DNA of 63,856 bases, counting the filler, from Hausera hauseri (Eukaryota): assembly GCA_046269625.1 (NCBI GenBank). It is 10 parts of 10 records of this genome, joined end to end, with 100 filler letters (N's around TTAATTAATTAA, not from the genome) between each part and the next. Parts side by side here need not be neighbours in the genome. Positions count along the whole stretch, not along the records: positions 29,777 to 39,323 come from JBJURY010344379.1; positions 39,424 to 44,530 come from JBJURY010333827.1; positions 44,631 to 48,681 come from JBJURY010792979.1; positions 48,782 to 52,827 come from JBJURY010795424.1; 6 more parts are not named here. The stretch is one strand, 5' to 3'. Both the position numbers and the translations under genes were made by a program. Positions 38,117-49,086 of this stretch are shown piece after piece (the first letter of the stretch is position 1; every line of letters starts with the position of its first letter). Under the pieces are notes generated by a model. The model made no database searches, was not told the origin of the DNA, and saw only the letters and a list, made by a program, of their open reading frames with translations.

Positions 38117-38819
38117 ATTGTTCAATCCTCAATAACCAGAATTTTGGAGAGACTTTTAATTTAAGACTTTCCGATTAATGGGGAGAACAATTTTACGTTA
38201 TTATGATAATGGGAATATTTCGTGGAGATATCAAGTCACCTTACTTACTTATATACTCGGTAATGTGTTTCAAGGAGACGTGTGCTTGACTGTTATTTAC
38301 TTTCTAAGGTTTAGACTCCTATACTTTACTTATAATTATACTGGCCCTCGTCAGGTCGTTTTTACCTGGTCGAGGAATTAACCACAATTACTTATTTGTT
38401 ACTTATATTACTTTCTTTATTTAGATAACCAATGGACAAAAAGTATGTAAATCAATAAATATAATTAAATGCAACAAAATGTAACGACAATAAAATCAAA
38501 ATCAATTAACACGTAATGACGTAATATAGATACCCGTTAAAATATACACAATGAAATAGGAATGACTTACGTGAAGACATAGTATAAGGTGTGACGATCA
38601 GAATCACCAAGTAATTTGTTATGACTCTACTTCTAAATGTTACTACTTATATAGTAATTCATGTTCTCTACATGTAAATAAAAAATTGTTTATACATGCT
38701 CAAAAACCCATGTCTATGATCATAAAATCAACATACATTTGTCAACACCATTAATAAAATCACGATTGTGAGCAGAAAATTAATTTGCACATTATTTTCA
38801 TAAAGAAAAATGTCAATGA

Positions 38820-38932
38820 GACATTGTTTACACATATTGCACATTGTTTGCGGACATAATTGAACATTTGCAGACATAATTGAACATTGTTTGCACATTT
38901 TTGCAGACATAATTGAACATTGTTTGCACATT
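38820..38932. repeat. Short tandem repeat
   Basis: Three to four degenerate copies of GACATAATTGAACATTGTTTGCACATT. Confidence 0.8.
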
Positions 38933-38984
38933 CGAGGGGGGTTCGAAGAAAATTGTCCACAATTTATTACTGATCGAGGGGTAA

Positions 38985-39323
38985 TGGTATATGGATATAT
39001 TTGCCTGTTGCCTTCGATTTATACCGAATAGAGTCGGGTTCGTATATGTCATCGTCCAGTAAGATCGTTTCGTCCAGTTGTATCTTACGCTTTCGTCCAC
39101 ACTGTGATGTTGTGGGTGCTATTCGCACCGTATCGGAAGCCGAACTTTGTGTGATTATCTCATCTGACCATTTTACTTGTTTATGAATTGATTGGTAGCA
39201 TTGAGCTAGAGCAGTGCTCCGTAATGCAAAACCTTTCGAATCGTAGAATTTTCGCGCTAATTCTTTGAACGTGTTCGTTGTTAATTGATATCGGCGGATT
39301 ACTTCTTCGTGATAAAGGATATC
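38985..39323 (-). pseudogene. Orphan protein family ORF-X, copy 2 (3' part; not in ORF track)
   Basis: DILYHEEVIRRYQLTTNTFKELARKFYDSKGFALRSTALAQCYQSIHKQVKWSDE / GRKRKIQLDETILLDDDIYEPDSIRYKSKATGK is homologous to 6057-6527. Confidence 0.75.
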
Positions 39324-39423
39324 NNNNNNNNNNNNNNNNNNNNNNNNNNNNNNNNNNNNNNNNNNNNTTAATTAATTAANNNNNNNNNNNNNNNNNNNNN
39401 NNNNNNNNNNNNNNNNNNNNNNN
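39324..39423. other. Artificial contig spacer
   Basis: N44-TTAATTAATTAA-N44. Confidence 0.98.
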
Positions 39424-42400
39424 TGAATGCTCTTTGTAGAAATATGATAATTCTGTTTCATTTAAAATAGTCTCGGAAGAAACAACAACATTCTTAAGTT
39501 CTACCAATTTGACATCGTTCTCTTTTACATTAAACGTCATCTCTTTCAAACTGGAATTCGCAATTCTATTATCAATTATACCTGATATATTGTTCTTTTT
39601 ATCTTTAATTTGTTTTAACGCATCCGAAATATAAGTCATCGTTTTTTCGTACGTCGTCAATTTCTCTACTTCAACATTCAGTTCTACAATAAACGACATA
39701 ATTCGTTCTGTAGTAGTTTCAACTGACTCCATCGTTTCAACAACTTCCAAAAATAATGGTTCTTTACGTATTTCATCAACTGTATCGTTGAAATTTGCAC
39801 TTAAATTTTCGATTTCAGATTTCACAGTTATTGCTTTGCTTAGAGTCTTTTCTGAAGTATTTCCCCAACTGTTAAACAGATCATCGAATAAATTCTCAGA
39901 GGTTTTATACTTTGTTAAAGCGGAACTAATATTGTCATATTTAATGGCAAAATTATCCAATTCTTTTCCGAGGTTGTCCAACTTTTCATTAACATCCTGT
40001 CTTTCTATACTATTGATAAATGGCGATTTTTCATCAACAACATCTCTCAGTTCGTTTAATTCGTCTTGGCACTTCTCTACAATGGCTTTCGTTTCATTTA
40101 ATGAATTAGACGTTTTAATTCCAACAGGAATGTCTTCCAGTAAATGTTTTCTATGATCAATTGCATCGATGACTTCTGAAACATGTTTCATTACTTCATC
40201 GTGTATTTCCATTTTTGCTATTTCATCATTCAATTCTGATAGGAATAACGTAACTTTATCGTTGAACATTTCGTTCGATTTTACAACATTTATACTCTCT
40301 TCAAAATGTAAGTCGTTTCGTACTGTCTCGATGGAATCCATAAGGTTTTTATACACCGTTTCAATCTCCAACTTTGTACCATTTGCGCTGTCCAATGTCT
40401 TTCCATCAAGACTTTTCCATTTACTCATTTTTTGTTCTATATCTTCCTGAATATTTCGATAGTCATTAATATTCGCCTCACAGTACCGTACATTATTTAA
40501 CACCTCATCCAAATCTTTTTCCAAATGAGATATCTCCGCATTAAAGTTTTCTACATCTTGTTTACGTAAACTGGCTTGATTCTTGACCATAAAATCTTTC
40601 AAATCGTTTATTTGCAATTTTAAGTTACTGACGGTATATTTTGTTCCTTCTAGAGTTACACTTTCAATCTTTTCATTTGATTTCGTTACCAAATTCGTTT
40701 TCCGTTCCTTAATCGAAGTTAAAATAACCGAAATATACGTAATGGCATTTTGGCGTACTGTCATATTTTCCATTTCTATATTCAAATCACCAAAGAAATT
40801 CGCGATTTTTTCTTTCAAATTTTCATCGCTGGTCAGTTGATCTGAAACCTCTGAAAACAATGTTCCATTGTTGAAGATTTTATCCACGGTGTTCAAGTTA
40901 TTAATCAAAACTTCAAGTTCGGCTTTCAATTTAACAGCTTCATTAGGTGATCTTTCAACAAGATTTTTCCAGTTGTCGACTTTTTCTTCGATCTTATTCC
41001 GAATGTTTTGTGACTCGTCAACATTTTGAACTATATTTCTAAGTTGAATAGAATACGTTTCCAAGGCACTTTCGAAATTAGAAATCCTTTGTTCAAATTC
41101 TTGCTTCTCTTTCAGACTTAGATTATTTTCGTTTACCCGAATGAAATCTTTCATTTCATTTAGTTTCAATAGTGCATTATTTATTTTTGATAGAGTTTCT
41201 GCTAACGAGCTGTTGCAGATCGGACCTTGACAAGTAATCGATAATTCATTTTTTTCCGAATGGGCATAATCCAGACGTTCATTAATGTGATAAATAACTT
41301 CCTCATGTAGCTTTAATTTTTCCAGTTCAGCGTCGATTTCGGAAATAAATGTTTCAAAACGTTCGGCTATACTTTCGTTTGCAATTAAGTTTTCACGAAT
41401 ATCTTTACAAGGAATAGAGTCTTTGAGCATTACACCAGCCTGTTTTGCATCATCTTGAAGACGTTCGACTTCGAATTTCATTGTCAAAATATCATCAATG
41501 CTTTTCGATAAACTTGGCCAAATATTTCGTCTTTCATTAAGCTTGTTTAAAGTTTCCTGATTAAAATCAATAGCTCTTCGGGTATTCGCCACATCGTTAG
41601 TAAGTTTATCTATTTCGTCACATAACGGTTCAAACCTAATTGGAACTATAAGAGGCTCAATGTCAGTTACGACTTGATTTTGTAACTTAAACGATTCAAA
41701 TATATCTCGGCATTCTGCAAATTGATTGAAAACCTCTTCTAGGCTTTTGGATTCGTTCATTTCCTTTACACTCAGTACTGCTTTATTGAAATTCGCATTT
41801 ATTGCCCGGAGTTTTTCTTGTTCCAATTTCGAAGCGATGGAAGACTGAAGTTCACCTATTTTATCTTCTAACAAAATTTCATCGTTTTGGACCAGCTGAG
41901 ATTCTTTGCACAGTTTAACCGTAATACCAGGAATTTCCGGAAGATTTCGTAAATCTTTCAGAAAATTGTCACAGAGTTTTACTTTATCATTAGGATCGTC
42001 GGATAAGTCGGTTTCAGAAATTAAATTGTCGTAGAGTCGTTGCACTTCTTCGTTAACATCACTGATTATTTTAGCGACAATATCTGTTTGTTTGAGAGAT
42101 TCATCAAAGTTACCTTTTAACAGCTCCAGTTCATTTCTTCTGCCTTGTAATTCTTTAGATTTGTTCGAACTTTCATTCGGATTGTTCAACCATTCCTTTT
42201 AAATTTCTACCAGAAATTCGAAAACAGTAGTAATTTTACTTATTAGGACATCTTTTCCCAGATATAACGTATTTGGCCCACTAAGATATCCATGAAGTGC
42301 CGTAGTCATGTCGTCTAAATGGGAGATTGACGTCTTAAATTTATGTTCAAGTTTTGCGTCTGATAAAATTTGTCTTAGAGAATCTACCTTCGATAATAAA

Positions 42401-44530
42401 TTACTGATATGTTGTAATTCATGTTGCTGTTCCGTTTTAATATTCTCATACTCGTTACATGTTATCGTCATGGAGGGTAGATTGTATAATGTATCATTAA
42501 ACTCCATTATTTGAAGATAAAGATTTTCAATAGTCTGTTCTGCATTTACGAAATTTTCGTCGTCGATTTGGATTCCATCAATGATGCTATCTAGAGGTTC
42601 CATTGCATTCTTTAATTTTACGATTGCTGTTTGATTTTCAGTAACCGTCGAATATAACTGATTTAATTCTTCGACCAAGTTATTTTGACTGATTTGAAAT
42701 GACTCGACTCTACCAACAATTTCATTCATTTCCGGTAGACATTTTCCGTAATCGCTGTTCACAAGTTCTTTAACGGAATTGAGGTTTCCTTGAATATCAC
42801 CGAGTTTTTCACGAATGCTTTCAATTTCCAGAACAGGAGCTTCTCCTCGCAAATGAGTCCATAATTCCGCACAAATCGAAGATATGCCTTCAAGTCGAAT
42901 ATTAATGTCTATTAAAAATGCTTCTCTGTCTTTAATTTCGGCTATCGAGAAATCGGTTGTATCAATATTTCCATTCAGTAATTCCAATAATTCCGACTGT
43001 TTTCCACGGATTTCCTTCACTTCTTTAAAACACGGAACACTCTGAAGTCCAATGCTCAACAATTGTTCTTTTAATTCATGCAGATGTTGTTTTGAATTTT
43101 CCAATGCCTCAACGGTATTAGCCGGGACCTGATTCGTAACCAATTCAATTTCATTTTTCAAACTTTCAAATTTCGATGCTGCATCATCGATAACTGCAAT
43201 ATTTTGATCGAGAAAATCTTTAAACATTTGAGTTGATTTTTCGACATTATTCTTTGCATCCACAACTAATTTGGCTTTATCGCTTTTCATATTTTCCACT
43301 GCTGTTTGGGCTTCATTTATGTAATCGATTTTCTTAGACAAATTATGTAGAACATACTTTGCATCAATAATGGATATGTAACCACTGTCGGTTTCTGAGA
43401 GATCTTTATACATTTTTTCAGTAATTGTGGAGGCTTCTTCGTGAAATTTTACTGACTTCAACAAGTCGTCTAATTGTTCGGCTTCGTTTCGTTGGCGTTT
43501 CTTTATTGCAATTAACATTTTCTCGAGTTTGTCATTTTGACTTGTGAAATCATCGCCCAAATATTGCATTTCTGATATTACAAAATTTTGCTTACAGTTT
43601 TCAACGTTGTTGCGCACAATGCCTAATTCATTTTGTATGGACAAAATTTCTTCAATTCTCTTATCAAGAGATTCAGAATCGATTTCATCTATGCTTTCCG
43701 AATCGAGAAAATCAATTTCATCGGTTAACTGTTTTAGACGCTGTTCACATTCGTGATATTGATTAATTCCATTTTCAATGGGCTGCAGTAAGATTCTACT
43801 ACGGTCAATCAACACTTTGATATTATCGCATTCTTGAACCTTTTCATATTCAACAAAGTCTTTCATTATAACTGGACATAAGGCTGCCACTAAGGATAAA
43901 TCATTGTTCACATTTCGTACTAATTCTTGTCCATTTTCAACAGTTGCTATTACCTCTGCCAATGTTGCCATTCCGGGTCGAATGGGCTTTACTTGGTTTT
44001 GTAATACTGAAAATTTCTCTAAACTATTATTTACAAGATCCTTTAATTCTGTTAATATTTTTTTGATTTTCGTCTAACAACCTATTTTGTTCCTTGACTT
44101 CTCTAAACTTATTATTAAGACATTCCAGTAAGCACTTATCGTCTTTTGAGAAATTCATTTGACAATTAATCTGGCACGCTTCTAATTGGTTTAATTGAGA
44201 GATTAATTTCGATTTTTCACCGTCTAGGAAATGTTGAATATATTCGTTGTGTTGCACGTTTTGCGGATTAGCAATGTCAATCTTTTCCTCGAAAGATTTT
44301 ACGATTTCTGCAACTAATCCTTTTCATAATTTGTCATATTAATCTTGTCTTTTAATTTGGTATCAGTCGAGTATAATAGTTGTTCGTTGATGACAAGCTT
44401 AGCAACATTTTGTTCAGTTTCCAAGAATTGGTTCTGAAGTTCCATCAATCTATTTATAGATGCATTTATTTTGATTTCATCATTACATTCAAGCGGAATT
44501 TTTTCTATTTCTTAGTCAATTTTTTTCAGT
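39424..44530 (-). CDS. Giant exon of a spectrin-repeat/nesprin-like coiled-coil protein (partial, with disruptions)
   Basis: >1500 codons of heptad-rich acidic helix with ~200-aa internal repeats and periodic Trp; ORFs 42199-43971 and 39424-42189 are the same frame separated by a single TAA; frameshifts above ~44000. Confidence 0.65.
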
Positions 44531-44630
44531 NNNNNNNNNNNNNNNNNNNNNNNNNNNNNNNNNNNNNNNNNNNNTTAATTAATTAANNNNNNNNNNNNNN
44601 NNNNNNNNNNNNNNNNNNNNNNNNNNNNNN
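44531..44630. other. Artificial contig spacer
   Basis: N44-TTAATTAATTAA-N44. Confidence 0.98.
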
Positions 44631-44954
44631 ATGTGTAAACTTTTGCCCGTCAATTTGATCTTTAATGTAAAATATTGTATTTTCAATGTCAAAACGATCA
44701 CAAATATTTCCCATAATACACGTCGCTCAGAAATTTGAATTGCCTTCATACTAATGAAGTCCATGGCGATGTCGAAAGAGAAATCCGTTTGTAATCTTTG
44801 CTTTTTCCGTTAGGTCATCCCACACAATATCGGGCTTGAATATGTACTGAAGCGGTATGAAAATGTTTTCGACGTCCATAATGCATAATTCCTTTATCGG
44901 GTACCGGGCATTATTATCCTGGAAAGCTTCAATATCTATAAATCCTGTCGCCAT
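44631..44954 (-). pseudogene. DEDD/DnaQ-like 3'-5' exonuclease (N-terminal part)
   Basis: GFIDIEAFQ...PIKELCI...HGLH motif typical of Polinton-associated DEDD nucleases. Confidence 0.65.
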
Positions 44955-45030
44955 TATTTATCTCTGGTACAAAAAATAATTTTGTTTATAACACAAACAA
45001 AACAATTAACTATTATTATTATTATTATCA

Positions 45031-45510
45031 TCACAATAAATAAACATAGGTGGTTTTGTCCATATCTCTAAAGCCGAATTCTTTGCGTTCATTTCCTGTT
45101 GATTTATCAACGCAAAACAGTCCCCATTGTTCCGGTGACATTACACTGAATTCCACCTCTTCACAGCAAAGAAAAACGATTTGTGCGATAGCACTGCCTT
45201 TCGAAAAAGCATACGGTTCCCCATATTTATTTGTCAGAAACACCTTAATTTCACCACGAAAATCGAAATCAATAACACCGCCCACAACCGTCAGTCCTAG
45301 CTTTGGCAATCCGATTTTCGATAAAAGTTGACCGTAGTAACCGGGTGGAATCGCCAATCGAATCCCAGTCGTTATACATTTCATTATGCTGTTCGGAATT
45401 GTCGTATTGACATTGGAAAACAAATCGTAGCCTGCACTGTTTGATTTAACACGTCTCGGTACAAAGGCATTTTCGTCTGTTAAGATAATCTTTACGTCAT
45501 TCATTATCAT
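45031..45510 (-). CDS. dut: dUTPase
   Basis: SAGYDL, TTGIRLAIPPGYYGQL, GGVIDFDFRGEIKV, IAQIVF, ERKEFGF (degenerate motif 5); probable start near MIMNDVK. Confidence 0.92.
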   Translation of the reverse strand: MIMNDVKIILTDENAFVPRRVKSNSAGYDLFSNVNTTIPNSIMKCITTGIRLAIPPGYYGQLLSKIGLPKLGLTVVGGVIDFDFRGEIKVFLTNKYGEPYAFSKGSAIAQIVFLCCEEVEFSVMSPEQWGLFCVDKSTGNERKEFGFRDMDKTTYVYLL

Positions 45511-45644
45511 TATTCTTATGACTATTTTTTTTAAATTACACGTATATTTATACTCGTTAATTGGGTTAATGAAAGAAGAAGAAGAACGGTAAAACAACAA
45601 CAAAATTTATTGATAATTAAAATGTACTTCAGCTATACGCCAAA

Positions 45645-46260
45645 TTAGGCTTTGATACCGCCTTGTTCCTTGTATCCTTGTAACTCAATATTCAGTGCAC
45701 ACTTTAAACCATCATCGCCATCGGGTACATGAGACATTTTGCGACTGATAAAATCAAACAGTTTTGTATTCTGCGCTGGTAAATCGACAGATTGCTGTTG
45801 CATGGTCGTTTCGTTTAACTTTAAATCCACGTTTAATTGATGTAGAGCATCAGAAAGTTTGTCCAAATTTTCACCCGAAAGCCGTTTTACACGATAGCTG
45901 TACTTGGGTGCGCATAGAGACACGGGATTATTCAATGAAATCAGTATGGACGTTTGCGTAAAATGCATTTCATACTTGCGAAAAATTCGTTTCGGTAAAA
46001 ATATTTGTTTGGCGCGGCGGTTTTGATTTTCCCTTATGTATACCAAATATTGCATTTCGCCTTTTTAACGTCGGTTTTGCTGCTGCAGCTTTCTGAGCAA
46101 GTTCCTGTTTTGTTTCCAGATAATCGATCTGCAGACAATCGCCCGGGTTTTCTAATTGTTGGACAGATTCCAGCAGTTTGACATTAGAATTGCATTTTGT
46201 GGCCAAACAACCACGACCAATCTGAACTTTCATCATTGGCGTTATTGAGTAGAATCGTTT
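45645..46260 (-). CDS. Polinton hypothetical ORF(s) conserved in both copies
   Basis: ORF 45645-46055 and the DWSWLFG-containing upstream part have collinear homologs at ~52060-52710. Confidence 0.55.
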
Positions 46261-46810
46261 TGTCGTTGTCGTAGTCTTCCATGGCAGTAATGTCTGAATG
46301 AGTATGGGAATGGTATTTATAGTTTGTTGTGCAATGTACACAATTTTGATTTACTAAAACATTTATGTGGTTTTTAATTTGATTAATAATTGGTTCATAG
46401 TCTACTGTCCGAATACCGAGTACAACAATTTTTCCACTCCTAAACACATTGACACAAATTGGGCGAAACGATGTCAGTCTCAGTACAGGAAACAGTTCGA
46501 GTTCATACGTACATTCAGCAGTGGCTATTGCTAATTTGTACAGATTGATTATGTGGTGGTAGTCTAACTGAGTCCTTACCGTTATTGATTGGATTTGATC
46601 AATGATAATTCCGAATGGTAGTAGTTTACTGTTGTCCGCTGTGATTGGTTTGCAACAACCCATAATACGACATTTTCTCGCTTGAAATATGATGCATGTA
46701 AAATCCGATGGATACTTGAATACATACTGCCTCGGTTCCCATTGATTAAAAAGTATTGTGTTAATGTCACACTCGGTAACATGTTCGCGATAGTTGATAT
46801 TAGCTAACAT
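46184..46810 (-). CDS. TATA-binding protein (TBP)-like
   Basis: Two TBP repeats: TCIIFQARKCRIMGC (cf. TALIF.SGK.V.TG) and YELELFPVLRL...VNVFRSGKIVVLG (cf. YEPELFPGL...LLIF.SGK.V.TG), linked by IQSITV...INLYKLA. Confidence 0.85.
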   Translation of the reverse strand: MLANINYREHVTECDINTILFNQWEPRQYVFKYPSDFTCIIFQARKCRIMGCCKPITADNSKLLPFGIIIDQIQSITVRTQLDYHHIINLYKLAIATAECTYELELFPVLRLTSFRPICVNVFRSGKIVVLGIRTVDYEPIINQIKNHINVLVNQNCVHCTTNYKYHSHTHSDITAMEDYDNDKTILLNNANDESSDWSWLFGHKMQF

Positions 46811-46904
46811 TATGGAAACAGTGTTTATACTATAACTATTTATATGCGTGTATCACGATTATAAACAAATCATGTGAGGAAAGGTTGTATTATTATTACT
46901 ATTA

Positions 46905-47498
46905 TTAGATAAATCTGCAGAATGATGTCATTTTCCAGATTGTAGGCCCCAGTGAAGTGGTAAAACACACTGTGTGTTACTATTTCAGAACTACCGTAAC
47001 ATGTTCCATTTACCGCGGTACAATCATATTTACTAACGTCAGGGTGTTGGTGATGATGTTGAGTCCGCTTTGACACATCAGGAATTTTGTAAACTGAAAT
47101 CGATAACGGTAATTGATGGGTTTGATGAGAACTTGTCAGAGAGATTACGCAACGGTGACGTTATTAACATCAACGATTTATTTCAGGAAGCTGTGAAACA
47201 ATCGGAATTCAACAACCTGTTCACGAAAATTGCACGACACCTTGGTGTAATTGTTATTTTCATTACGCAAAACATGTTCCATCAGGGCGACCAGCATCGA
47301 ACAAGAAATCTAAACGTACACTATTTGGTGTTGTTTAATAATCCCCGTGATCAGACTATTATTAAATTTGTTGCACGACAAGCATTTCCTCACAACCGAG
47401 CCTACTTGATAGATGCAGATTATGATGCTACAACCGAGCCACATGGGTACATGTTCATAAACTTTACACAACAGTGTCCCGATGACACGCGTGTATGA
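46905..47498 (+). pseudogene. A32/FtsK-like packaging ATPase
   Basis: FQIVGPS/SGKT Walker A (frameshifted); VININDLF Walker B; LFTKIARH; IFITQNMFHQG; RTRNLNVHYLVLFNNPRD; PHGYMFI. Confidence 0.9.
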
Positions 47499-47739
47499 AC
47501 ATGCATTTTCAATTAGAAAGGTGTATGTATCTATAAACAAATTAGAAAATCGACGTGATTCTGGTAAAGTGAAGAATTGCCGAAAAACAATTGTCAAACG
47601 TAAACCTACCAAGCTGGTGTCCGGTAAGAAACGTGTATTAAAACGAACCACTACAGTCAAGCGATTAATCAATTCTGTGCTTCAAACAACAACAACAGTA
47701 GCTAGACGCAAAATACCGTCACAGTGGCAACGGCTATAA
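47482..47739 (+). CDS. Small Lys/Arg-rich putative core protein
   Basis: Highly basic; conserved in copy 2 (50631-50819). Confidence 0.5.
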   Translation: MTRVYEHAFSIRKVYVSINKLENRRDSGKVKNCRKTIVKRKPTKLVSGKKRVLKRTTTVKRLINSVLQTTTTVARRKIPSQWQRL

Positions 47740-48098
47740 ACAATTACGTCTCATCAGCATCAACACGTCCAAAAATGCGATTCAAACGTAGTCAGCTGTA
47801 CTTTATTGCTTTGCTCAAGGCACCTACGAGACATAAGCGAAACATGCTGCGAACATTCTCTCAATTTGTAGTAGACGATTTGATGGAGATTTTATACAAT
47901 ATCGTTGTGGGTCACGTTGACATTGATAGTGCAAAGCGAAATTTACTAAAGTATCGAAAACCACTCATTGGCCTCGCCAACGCCCGTGGTAAAGGACTGA
48001 AACGAGAGGTCATGCACCAGCAAGATGGCGGATTCCTTGATGCAATTCTACCGATTGTCACGTCATTATTGGGTGGATTCATTGGTTCCGCAGAATAG
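47724..48098 (+). CDS. pX/PZ-like virion core protein
   Basis: C-terminal QQDGGFLDAILPIVTSLLGG resembles the adenovirus pX / Polinton GGFL..L.P protease-cleavage motif. Confidence 0.7.
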   Translation: MATAINNYVSSASTRPKMRFKRSQLYFIALLKAPTRHKRNMLRTFSQFVVDDLMEILYNIVVGHVDIDSAKRNLLKYRKPLIGLANARGKGLKREVMHQQDGGFLDAILPIVTSLLGGFIGSAE

Positions 48099-48229
48099 TA
48101 TAAACAATGACTGTAAATATATGGTGATTTGCAACATGGATTCATGGTCTCCATCTTTCTGTCCCAGTTTACCGATTCTTTCATTTACATTTCGTTCAAA
48201 TTGTTGTAATGCAAGCAAAACTGACACCA

Positions 48230-48681
48230 TCGACGAAAATTATTGGTAACGTGTGGTTCTAATGTCGTCATCCCGTTGGGTATACTGGCGTCGACAAACT
48301 GTAAAAGACTGTCAACTAGGCTCGGCAACAGACTCAACGTTGGCTCGGGAAACAGTTAGCATACAACCTAAAGAAACCGATAAGAAGGCGGTTTCCAACT
48401 CGTGCATACCGTTCTGCCGGTGTAAATAATGCATAGTAAATGGATCTAATGGAAATGATTCCGTAAGCCAGCATCAACGATGGGTATGGGTACGTTCTGA
48501 TATATATTGATGTGTTTAGTCATTTTGCACGTGCAATTGCTGTGAAATCTAAATCCGGTAAAGAGAATGACGACGCTGTTCAGACATTGATACAACAACG
48601 ACAGCCGAAGCATTTACAAACGGATTTGGGTAAGGAATTCTACAACGCCCACGTTGCAGCGGTCTTGAAACGGTTCGGCGT
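48230..48681 (+). pseudogene. Polinton retroviral-like integrase (5' part)
   Basis: HPVGYTGVDKL, KPIRRRFPTR, MDLMEM, IDVFS, LQTDLGKEFYN; multiple stops. Confidence 0.88.
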
Positions 48682-48781
48682 NNNNNNNNNNNNNNNNNNN
48701 NNNNNNNNNNNNNNNNNNNNNNNNNTTAATTAATTAANNNNNNNNNNNNNNNNNNNNNNNNNNNNNNNNNNNNNNNNNNNN
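48682..48781. other. Artificial contig spacer
   Basis: N44-TTAATTAATTAA-N44. Confidence 0.98.
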
Positions 48782-49070
48782 CATTAGTTTCATACGGTAG
48801 TTTGAAAAATAAGCATAAACCGAGAAATGTTGTCGCGAATAATTGCGAAGAGTATATCAGTTATTATGTTGGATTGTCCGCAAACGACTTGAAGTAGGGT
48901 AGGTTTCTTGTCGGGTAAAGTAAATACCACTGTTCTGACATTGTCATTGGTGAAAATGTAAATTTGAATTCCGTCAAAGCCACTTCCCAGGCTCCGTGGC
49001 GTAAATAGACCGGTTGGTCCAAGTACATGGTAAACTGTTTAGCGGTATTGTCATTGTCGTCATGTTGTGA
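48782..49070 (-). pseudogene. Minor capsid (penton) protein N-terminus
   Basis: DNTAKQFTMYLDQPVYLRHGAWEVALTEF matches the Polinton mCP N.....F...L..P..L.G.WEVAL.E motif. Confidence 0.75.
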
Positions 49071-49086
49071 TAATGATCTGTTACGA

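Larger units (their letters stand above)
30450..38400 (-). mobile_element. CsRn1-type Gypsy copy B: LTR end, tRNA-Leu PBS, ~3-kb cargo leader, UBL-Gag-PR-RT-RH-IN
   Basis: IN 30744-31715; RT/RH 31862-32764 (YIDD, LTTDAS, YSTFDRELLA); protease ~33350-33580; gag ~33750-34640; UBL 34713-34940; PBS 38099-38116. Outer boundaries approximate. Confidence 0.9.
44631..48681. mobile_element. Polinton/Maverick internal block, copy 1
   Basis: Compact intronless cluster: DEDD exonuclease, dUTPase, unknown ORFs and TBP-like (minus); ATPase, basic protein, pX-like and integrase (plus). Confidence 0.9.

Noticed and set aside
38985-39323. Initially read as a Tc1/mariner transposase fragment
   Set aside because: No DDE motifs; the translation instead matches ORF-X at 6057-6527.
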